Origin: an uncultured Chloroflexia bacterium
GTDB lineage: Bacteria; Chloroflexota; Dehalococcoidia; UBA2979
Assembly (NCBI GenBank): GCA_963728205.1
Contig: CAVSIV010000001.1
Location: forward strand, 1,088,001 to 1,152,000
Direction: 5' to 3'
Length of the DNA stretch: 64,000 nucleotides
A model generated the notes under the pieces. The model was not told the DNA's origin. It did not search any database and saw only the letters and a list, made by a program, of their open reading frames with translations. The translations under genes were made by a program, and so were the position numbers. Within the stretch, counting starts at the first letter, position 1. Each line of letters opens with the position of its first letter. This document shows, in pieces, positions 56,023 to 64,000 of this stretch.

Positions 56023-57815
56023 TCATCCGCCCACCTCTTCCAACTCCATTCCGAGCAGCCGGACCCGCGCGCCGTCCTCTGCCACGCCTCTCCAGATCGG
56101 GCCCATGAGACCTGCCGGGTGCCCCGAGCCGGGAGCGAACCTCCATTCGCTCGTGATCAGCAGCCGCAGGCGATGCCCCTCGCTGCGTGCGGCGTCGGCG
56201 ACGCGCTCCTCCGCCCGGTCATCGGCACACACGAACAGCACGACTGGCCTGGTCTCGAAGTCGCGTTCCCACACCCGATCCTCGAAGTACTTGCGGTACC
56301 CCTCGAACTTCCCGCGGTAATCGCCAGCGTCGAGCGTGCCCCGGTCGTACTCGAACAGGAACGGAGTGCGCTCACCGCCGATCGCGAGCACGCCCGAGCC
56401 GTCCGGCCGGATGAACCACCACCGCCCGTCGTGCCGGAAGCGTCGCGTCGAGCGCGGCTCGTTCCACCACGCCGCCAGCCGGCCGCCGCCTCGCCGCGCG
56501 TCGCTGGCGAGTCGGGCGAGCGTGCGGTTCACGCCGCGCGTGTGGGCCCCATGCCGAAGCGCTGCCGCGTCGTGATCTCCGTCGAGCACCGTGACGCCGC
56601 CGTGTCTCGCGAACCGGCTCGCCGGCGTGACTGCGCGCGCGGAGAGCAGGCGCATCGCGAGTCCGCTCAGGAGCAGGCCTGTCGCCTCGTCGCCGACGGG
56701 CGCCGTGGCGACGGCCCCGCATCGCGTGAGCCACTCGACGTGCCGCCGGACAACGCCCTCCGCCTCCGCTGTGATGGCGCTCAACTCGTCAGAGGTCACC
56801 AGTGGCTGGGCGGCGATCCACTCGAGGAGCGACTTCTCCTCCGCGCTCGTGGCGGAAGCGATCGCGGCGATGCGCTCCCCTGTGCTCCGTGCTCCACCGA
56901 CCGCCGCGCGCGGCGCCCAGGACCGCAGCGACTCATCGACCGCGTGAAGAGTGCCGAGGGTCGCATTGGCAGGTACGCAGAGCGGCGGGATCGCGGGCGC
57001 GTCGCCCCACCCGAGCGCGGCGCTCAGCGCTTCGCGCCGAGCCGACCCGGGAGCGTGCCACGCCGGTGCCTGCGGATCCGGGCAGCACGTCCCACGCCGT
57101 GCGCGAGCAGCGCGTCGAGGTCCGCCTCGCGCGCTACGGGCAAGCGAGTCTTCCCAGACGCGCCTCCTCGCGATCGCCCGCCGCGACGACCAGGATCACC
57201 GGGAGCCCGTCAGCGCCCCACGCCTCGGCTGTGGAGGCAGCGACGGTGCGCCAGCGCGCAACACGCGCGCGGCGGTGGACGTCCGGCGCCTCTGCGCGAT
57301 CCCACGCGACGAAGAACGGAGCCCACGACCTGCCGGCGCGCACGCACCCGTAGGCCTCGACGCCCGGGAGCCACCAGCCGGTCCGCGGCCGCGCCGGCCA
57401 GCGGCAGCGAGCGCGCATCGGCGAGCTCGTCGCCCGCGTCGCGGGCGGCCGCGGCGACGTTCGCGAGGAAGCGGTTCACGGCCGCCGTGATCTCGACGCG
57501 CGTGGCGCGTTCTAGCAGCTGCGATCGCCGCACCGCCGCCCGCTCAGGGAGCTGCTCCGCCGGCACGCCCGCGGCCTCGGCGAGCGGGGCCAGCGCGCCG
57601 GGACGGAGGTACGAGAGCCGCCGCGGCGCCAGGCCCGGGGCGCCGGGCACGATCCAGTCCGTCCAGCACCGCCGCTCGAGCTCGAGACGCGCGGCTCGCA
57701 CGTCCTGCTCGTGGACGCCGAGGAGTCCCGCCAGCTCGCGATCGCCGAGGAGCGGCAGGCGCGCCACCCACGCGAGCGCCGGCGCGAGGCGCGCCTGCGG
57801 ATCGCGGCCGCTCAT
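56023..57815 (-). CDS. Replication-relaxation family protein, apparently two tandem domains, interrupted by frameshifts
   Basis: C-terminal HTRGVN..IRPDG..FLFEYDRGT..KFEGY; N-terminal ITAAVNRF..FFVAWDR; pieces lie in ORFs 57210-57815, 57134-57418 and 56023-56799. Confidence 0.7.
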
Positions 57816-60297
57816 TGGTCTTCCTCCTCGGAGTCCTCCGTGTCCTTCGCCGGCGGATCGGTGGGCGCGTTGCCCGCACCCGGTCCGCCCTGGCCGTCCC
57901 ACTCGTCCTTGCGATTGCGCGACCGCCCCTTCGGACCGCGGTGCTCGTCGGCGTCCTGCGGCGACCGCTCGCGCAGCACCTGCGAGATCTCCTCGAGGAC
58001 CTCCGCGCGGGGGCGTCCGAGCCGCTCGTGCGAGCGCGCCGCGATCGCCTGCGCCCGCGCGGGGTCGAGCGAGGGCGGCGGGTTGACGGCGAACGAGAAC
58101 ACGGGCGGCCGCCGGTGCCCCTCCGACCAGCGCGCGTAGCAGGTGTAGTCGTCGAGCGAGACGAGGTCGGCGACCTCCACCGGCTCGCCGAGCTCCGGCA
58201 CGAGGTGACGCGCGTCCTCGGCGCTGACCTGGAAGACGGTGAGGCCGTCGCTGTTCCCGAGGATCGTGGGGACGAGGTTGCGGTCGACGTCATCGAGCTT
58301 GGCGAGCGACTGCGTGACCAGCACGAAGTGCGCGCCGTACTTGCCGAGCTCCGAGAGCATGCGCTGGTAGTCGACCGCGGAGAGCGTGGTGGACTCGTCG
58401 ATCAGCGCGAGCAGCGGGCGGCGCTCCGCGGCGGGCAGCGCCACCTGTTCCTCGACCAGCAGGCCGAGCAGGTTGAGGAGCGTCGCACCGACGAGCGAGG
58501 CGGCGCCCTCGCCCAGCGTCCCCACCGCCGTGTTGATCACGAGCACGCCGCCCTCGCGCAGCACTGAGCGCGGATCGAACGTCGAGCGCGCCTGTCCGAG
58601 CACGAGGCGCGAGGCGAGCGTGGTGGTGAAGCGTCCGATCTTCGAAGTGACGGGGTTCGCGGTCTGCTGCTGCAGGGTCCTGCCGGCGCGGTCGTAGTTG
58701 TCGCGCCACCAGGCGGGCAGCGCAGGGTCCTCCACGTGACGGAGCACCTCGCGCCGCAGCCGCGCGTCGGTGAGCAGCGGCGCGACGTCGAGCAGCGTGT
58801 ACTGGTCGGTGAGCGCGCGTGTGCGGTTCGCCTCGATCAGACAGGAGACCGAGGTGCGCAGCGCGCCCTCCATGCGCGGGCCCCAGTTCGCGGGCCACAG
58901 CCGGTTGAGCATGGTCACGACGTGCTCCGTCGTGCAATCGCGGTCGGGGAAGAGCGCCTTGTCGAGCAGGTTGAGGCCAATCGGGTGCTCGTCGTGCGCG
59001 AAGTCGAGGTACGTGGTGCGGTCGGCGAGCGCGTCGGGCACCGCCTCGAGCACCGCCTCGGCCAGGTCCTGGTGCGGATCGACGACGACGAGCGCGGTGT
59101 CCGAGATACCCGACGCCGCGCGCTCCATCACGCCGGCGGCGATGTGCCGCAGCAGCGTCGACTTGCCGCGGCGGGTCTTGGCGACGATCAGCTGGTTGGC
59201 GCGCAGCAGGTCATCGGGCATGCAGACGGCGGCGTCGGTGGCGTCGGCGCGTCCCACGGCGACGCCACTCACCGCGTGTCCCGGCTCGGGCGCGATGCGG
59301 CGCGCCGTCATCGTCCGCGTGCCGCCTCGCGCATCGACCTGGAGCGGGAGGTGCCAGAGCGCCGCGGCCTCGGCCGCGTTCAGCAGCAGCGGCTGCTCGG
59401 CTCCGCGCGCGCGGCCCGGGCGCAGTCCGCCGCCCGCGGCGTCGTCGAAGGCTGCGTACGCGGCGGCAACCGGCTCGCACAGAGCGCGAAGCCGCGCAGC
59501 CGGTCGCCGTGCGATCGCCTACGGCGATCACCTCGAGGCGGGCGCGGAACAGCGGCGCCGCGAGCTTCGCCTCGACCGTGCGCGCCGCCAGCGGCTCCGG
59601 GCGGTGCAGCAGGCGAAGTGCCGTCGCGCCGACCAGCGGCACGCCCACGAACACGCCGGCGCCACCGGCGAGCAGCGGGAGCCACGCTCCCGCGTGGTAC
59701 CAGTGCCAGGCCTGCAGGCCGCCGAGGCCGACCGCCATCGCGGCGGCGATCGGGACGGGACTCGGTCCCCGGTCGTACGCGTAGCCGCTCTCGCGCCAGC
59801 GTTGTTCGCGATCCCCGCGGCGGCCGATCCGCTCGTGCCGCGTGCCCGGGCGCCGGCCCGAGCGCGAGCCTGCAGACGATCCGCTCGTTCCCGCGCGGCT
59901 GCGCGGCAGCAAGCACGCCCGTCAGCGGGTCGGCCTCGTGGCGCCAGTCGGCGTGCAGCGGCAGCGCGGTCTCGCGGGGCGCGCGCAAGACGACGGCAGC
60001 GGTGCGCTCGCCCGCGAGCACGCAACCCGGGTCGAGGTCGGGGCGGGCGGGATCCAGCGGCTCGATGCCGGCCTGCGGGTAGGCGGCGAGCACCTGGTCG
60101 AGCGCCGCCGCGAGCGCCGGCTCGGACTGGGCGGCGACGTACCAGCGCGGCCCGGTGCGCGCGATCACCATCTCGAGCCACCCCCGCGCATCCGGCAGGG
60201 CGGCCAGCGCCGCGCGCATGCCCGCGAACTCCGGGTCGGGAACCCGCGGCGGGATCACCTCCGCGACGAAGCGCCGATCAGATCGCCGGTGCAGCAT
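57812..60297 (-). CDS. VirD4/TraG-like type IV coupling ATPase; N-terminal half frameshifted
   Basis: Walker A AKTRRGKS, VVDPHQDL, WGPRME, LIDE, KYG..LVTQS motifs; TM segment near 59600-59750. Confidence 0.8.
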
Positions 60298-61336
60298 CGC
60301 GCTGCCTCCCCTCTGCCTCGTCGAGCAACCGGAAGAAGGTGTCGCGTCCGTCCGGGTGGACGCCCAGCTCGCTGGGGTCCTTCACGCCGTCCGGTAGGGA
60401 GACGATCCGTGCGCGCTCGCCGAGCGCGGTCGCCAACTGCGCCGCGGCCTCGCGCCCCGCGTCGTCGGCGTCGAGCACGAGCACGACGGAGCGCGCGCGG
60501 CCGAGCAGCCGCAGCGTGTCGCGGCCCGGCTGTGTGCCGAGCAGCGCGCAGGCCGGGAGTCCCCAGCTCACCAGCGTGAGCCAGTCGAACGGTCCCTCGG
60601 TGACGAAGACGCGAGCATGGCCGCGGGCGCGGTCGTAGCCGAGCAGCGGCCGCGGAAGCGAGAGGCCGCGGTACCGCGGCTGGCGGCGGCCGTCGAGCGC
60701 GCGGCCGACCATCCACCCGCAGTGCGCGCCGCGGAGGTCCGGTACGACCACCCGCTCGGCCATCGTCTCGGCGTCCGAGCGGAAGAGCAGGCCGAGCTCG
60801 CGCGCGCGGTGCAGCGAGAGGCGCCGGCGCCGCAGGTACGGCACGAGCAGGCGCCCGTCGCTGTATCCGACACGGCAACGTCGGGCGACCCACTCGGGGA
60901 TCCCGCGGGTCTCGAGGTAGGTCAGGATCCCGGGCGTGCGCAGCAGCGTCTCGTGGTAGAGCTCGCAGGCCGCCGTGAGGATCAGGCGGTCGTCGAGCGA
61001 GAGGCGCCGGGGCGCGGCCTCCGGCGGCGGGGCTGTCGGCGCGGGCGCGGCTTGCGCCGCCGTCGCCGATTCACCGCCGAGCCGCTCCACGGCCTCCCGG
61101 AACCCGATGCCTCGGCGCGGCGCACGAAGTCGATCACGTCGCCGCCGGCGCCGCAGCCGAAGCAGTGGAACGACTGCGTCTCGGGATACACGGCGAGGCT
61201 CGGGCGAGCGGTCCTCGTGGAACGGGCAGCGCCCGACCAGGCGGCGGCCCTGCGGACGCAGCCGCACGCCGTGCTGCTCGGCGACCGCGGCGATGGGTTG
61301 GCGGCGCTTGAGCTCGTCGAGGTCGACGCGGCTCAC
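60278..61336 (-). CDS. DnaG-like primase (CHC2 Zn finger + TOPRIM) with compensating frameshifts
   Basis: CPFHED; [15 protein letters not shown] (shifted frame, 61110-61200); VTEGPFD, LDADDAG, KDP motifs. Confidence 0.85.
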   Translation of the reverse strand: MSRVDLDELKRRQPIAAVAEQHGVRLRPQGRRLVGRCPFHEDRSPEPRRVSRDAVVPLLRLRRRRRRDRLRAPRRGIGFREAVERLGGESATAAQAAPAPTAPPPEAAPRRLSLDDRLILTAACELYHETLLRTPGILTYLETRGIPEWVARRCRVGYSDGRLLVPYLRRRRLSLHRARELGLLFRSDAETMAERVVVPDLRGAHCGWMVGRALDGRRQPRYRGLSLPRPLLGYDRARGHARVFVTEGPFDWLTLVSWGLPACALLGTQPGRDTLRLLGRARSVVLVLDADDAGREAAAQLATALGERARIVSLPDGVKDPSELGVHPDGRDTFFRLLDEAEGRQRDAAPAI

Positions 61337-63141
61337 GGCGCCGCCTCCTCAGCCTGGCCGGCGAGGTACTGGGGGTCGGACCGGCAGTAGCCGTCCTCGA
61401 GTTCGCTCGCCTCCACCGAGAGGGCGATGTGGTTCCCCTTCGCGAGGAACAGCGCTTCGCCGCGCCGGCACGAGAGCAAGAACTCCCGCTCGCCCGCGGA
61501 CAGCCCGAACGTCTCCGCGACGATCCCGATGGTCGAACTGTCCTGGCGCAGAAGGAGCTGCACGGAGCTGTTCGCGAGGACGGTGTGACCCTCCGGCGAG
61601 TGCAGGAAGTCCTCGACGTCCTGCGTCACGGTCGTGAGGCCGAGCCAGCGCTTGCGCGCCTGCCGGGCCAGCTGCGCGAGGAAGCGGGCGCCCTCGCGGT
61701 AGCGCATGAGCGACCACGCCTCGTCGATCAGCAGCACGCGCGGTCGCGGTCGCGCGCGCACCTCGCGCCAGACGTGGTCGGCGATCAGGTACATGGCGAG
61801 CGGCCGCAGCTCCTCCTCGAGCTCGCGCACGTTGAAGACGACGAACGGGCGGTCGAGCCGGGCCGTCGTGCGCTCCGAGAACACGCGCCCGAGGCTGCCG
61901 TCGACGTAGCGCGCGAGCCGGTCCGCCAGGCCGTGCGGCTCCCCCGACTCGCGCAGCACCGTGAGCAGGTCGCGCAGCACGGGGGCCGGCCGGTCGTGCG
62001 TCGCCGGGTCCTCGGTGATGCCGGCGCGCCGGTACGCGAGATAGAGCGCGGCGTCGAGCACGCCCTGCTCGCGGCGGTCCAGGCTCTGCCCCGGTTCCGC
62101 GAGCATCAGCGTCAGCAGGCCCTGCAGCGCGAGCACGCGCTCACCGAGCGGATCGCGCGCACCGTCGGGCCCGCCGGCCGGCAGGTCGAACGGGTTGATG
62201 CGCTGCGGCGAGGTGCCGGAGAGGCGGATGATCTGGCCGCCGACGGCGTCGCAGATCCGCCCGTACTCATCCTCGGGGTCGATCACCAGGTACTCGATGC
62301 CCCGCAAGAGCGCGCGCAGCGCCTCGACCTTGCAGGCGTAGGACTTGCCGGCGCCCGACTTCGCGAAGACGACCTTGTTGGCGTTCTCCTGGTCCTGCCC
62401 GAAGGGGTCGAAGACGACCAGCGAGCGGTTGTGGACGTTGGTGCCGTAGAGGATCCCGCGCTCGACCGCGAGCTGGCTCGAGGCGAAGGGGATCATCGTC
62501 GCGAGGCTCGAGGTGTCGAGGTTGCGCCGGCGGCCGAGATGGTCCTGGCCGGCGGGCAGGCAGGACAGGAGGCCCGGCATCATCTCGAAGAGCGCCGGTC
62601 GGGCGCCGGCCATCAACCCGCCGAGAGCGCCGGTGACACGCGCCGTGGCACGGTCCAGCTCCGAGGCGGTGCGCGCAGCCACGCGCAGGTAGAGGCTCGT
62701 CGAGAAGACGCGCTCGTCTCCGCGCTCGAGCGCCTCGCGCAGCCGCTCGACGTCCTCGTAGGCCACCTCGCGCTCGACGGAGGCGATGCGCCCGCCGCGC
62801 GCGTCGAGCAGGCGCGAAGACTGCAGCTCGACGAGGCGGCGGGTGAGCGCGCGGATCACCTCCTGCGAGTCGAGCGGATCGAGATGCAGGCTGAGGTCGA
62901 GCGGCTCCTCGAAGTCGACCAGGCGTCCGAGCCAGTTCGGGCTCACGTGTCGCGGGTAGTCGGTGAGGGCGAGCACGCGCGAGGGCTGCCCGTCGACCGC
63001 GACCTGCGTCCGCGTCTCCTCGATCGCCGCCGGCGCGACGAGGTCGGCGGCGGAGCGCTCGCCCGGGGCGAAGCGGTCATAGCCGCGGGAGCGGTGCGGT
63101 GCAGCCGGTGCCCGGCGATGGCGATGCAGCGGGCTACGCAC
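61333..63141 (-). CDS. VirB4-like conjugation ATPase
   Basis: AKSGAGKS Walker A, IDPEDEY, INPFD, IDEAW, ARK..TQD motifs. Confidence 0.9.
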   Translation of the reverse strand: MRSPLHRHRRAPAAPHRSRGYDRFAPGERSAADLVAPAAIEETRTQVAVDGQPSRVLALTDYPRHVSPNWLGRLVDFEEPLDLSLHLDPLDSQEVIRALTRRLVELQSSRLLDARGGRIASVEREVAYEDVERLREALERGDERVFSTSLYLRVAARTASELDRATARVTGALGGLMAGARPALFEMMPGLLSCLPAGQDHLGRRRNLDTSSLATMIPFASSQLAVERGILYGTNVHNRSLVVFDPFGQDQENANKVVFAKSGAGKSYACKVEALRALLRGIEYLVIDPEDEYGRICDAVGGQIIRLSGTSPQRINPFDLPAGGPDGARDPLGERVLALQGLLTLMLAEPGQSLDRREQGVLDAALYLAYRRAGITEDPATHDRPAPVLRDLLTVLRESGEPHGLADRLARYVDGSLGRVFSERTTARLDRPFVVFNVRELEEELRPLAMYLIADHVWREVRARPRPRVLLIDEAWSLMRYREGARFLAQLARQARKRWLGLTTVTQDVEDFLHSPEGHTVLANSSVQLLLRQDSSTIGIVAETFGLSAGEREFLLSCRRGEALFLAKGNHIALSVEASELEDGYCRSDPQYLAGQAEEAAP

Positions 63142-63817
63142 GGCCGGCCTCCAGCGCGCGCCGGGGGCTCAGCACGACGGCGCCGGCCGACGGGCGCTCC
63201 ACGTGCGTGGGGACGGAGGCGGCGCCGAGCGCGTCGCGCCACAGCGTGATGAGCGCGTTGGCGTCGAGCCGCTCCGTCGAGACCCCGAAGGCCACGAGCG
63301 CCTGCGCCACCTCGTTGCAGCGGAACGCCAGCCGGCGGCGCGCGGCGACGAGATCGCTCTGCGCGTGCCGGGCGCTCCGGCGCCGCCAGGGGAGCGGGGT
63401 CCCGCGGCGCTCCGCCCCGGTGTCGGCGCCGGCCGGCACGATCACGTAGAAGCGGCGATCGAGGAGCGTGCGCTCGCGCGCGATCCGCCGCACGAACGTC
63501 CGATGGTCCCGTGCCAGCGACGCGAGCGCCTCGTTCTCGGTCGGCCCCGCAAGGCCGTCGAGGTAGGCCTCGACGTCGGTCGGCACCACGCGCACGAGCA
63601 CCTGCAGCGGGTACGTGAGCGCGTTGAGGAAGCGGCGGTAGCCGGCGACGATCGCCTCCTGCTCGGCTTCTGCCTTGAGCGCGAAGTTGACGCTGCCGGC
63701 GCGGAGCACGGCGCGGTAGTCGCCGCCGCGCAGGCGCACGACGTCGCCTTCAATCTCGTCGAGCGGCAGCAACTCCTGCGCGCTCGCCGGTCGCCGTCGG
63801 CTATTGCGTGGATGCAT
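63134..63817 (-). CDS. Conjugation accessory protein preceding VirB4
   Basis: SVNFALK..EQEAI..FLNAL.YPLQV..RRFYVIVP pattern seen upstream of Gram-positive-type VirB4; SD AAGGAG. Confidence 0.65.
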   Translation of the reverse strand: MHPRNSRRRPASAQELLPLDEIEGDVVRLRGGDYRAVLRAGSVNFALKAEAEQEAIVAGYRRFLNALTYPLQVLVRVVPTDVEAYLDGLAGPTENEALASLARDHRTFVRRIARERTLLDRRFYVIVPAGADTGAERRGTPLPWRRRSARHAQSDLVAARRRLAFRCNEVAQALVAFGVSTERLDANALITLWRDALGAASVPTHVERPSAGAVVLSPRRALEAGRA

Positions 63818-64000
63818 CTGTATCTCCTTTCGCCGCGTGCCCGGAGTCAGCGGTCGACCGAATCGGCTCCCGCAGCACGACCTCCTGCGGTTCATGCGTC
63901 AGGCCGCGCACGTCGCGCGGCCGCCACACGGCGACACGCGGCATCGCGAAGTAGCGCAGCAGCACGAACGCCCAGTCCTCGAGGGGGCGCCCGGCGGGCT
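63801..64000 (-). CDS. PrgI-family membrane protein, C-terminal part
   Basis: Hand translation PAGRPLEDWAFVLLRYFAMPRVAVWRP...; position upstream of VirB4. Confidence 0.65.
   Translation of the reverse strand, partial: PAGRPLEDWAFVLLRYFAMPRVAVWRPRDVRGLTHEPQEVVLREPIRSTADSGHAAKGDTDASTQ

Larger units (their letters stand above)
54100..64000 (-). mobile_element. ICE-like element integrated at the 3' end of ssrA (extends beyond window)
   Basis: Integrase + excisionase + Replic_Relax + VirD4-like + primase + VirB4 + PrgI, co-oriented and abutting the tmRNA 3' end; distal att repeat not in window. Confidence 0.85.

Overview
Very GC-rich bacterial chromosomal segment. Gene content and order (tandem HisG plus HisZ, apgM, dapL/dapF, guaA-purD cluster, smpB-ssrA followed by a serine-recombinase island) suggest Chloroflexota, class Dehalococcoidia; this is inference only. 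About 54 kb is mostly housekeeping: birA, a partial his operon with a His-rich leader peptide, a purine cluster, tsaC, rpiB, pgk-apgM-tpiA, miaA-dapF-dapL-hflX, a 2-oxoacid:ferredoxin oxidoreductase pair, bcp, an S41 protease, smpB and tmRNA. This part is interspersed with a vapBC-type TA pair, a Y1/RAYT transposase flanked by inverted REP hairpins, and two further REP-like families. From about 54.1 kb to the window end lies the left part of an ICE-like element integrated at the 3' end of ssrA. It carries a large serine recombinase whose ORF runs antisense into tmRNA, an excisionase, a tandem Replic_Relax protein, a VirD4-like coupling ATPase, a primase, VirB4 and PrgI. The most notable non-obvious signals are: a self-contained structured small RNA/sORF unit with an extended Shine-Dalgarno (474-691), a probable AUA start for hflX, a recurrent XerD-arm-like motif TTATGTC clustering around ssrA, twin CsoR-like operators on a small Cys4 protein with an ssrA-like tail, and a PTPS-III-type motif. 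Several single-base frameshifts look like assembly errors. All family assignments are from motif recognition by eye, without database searches.
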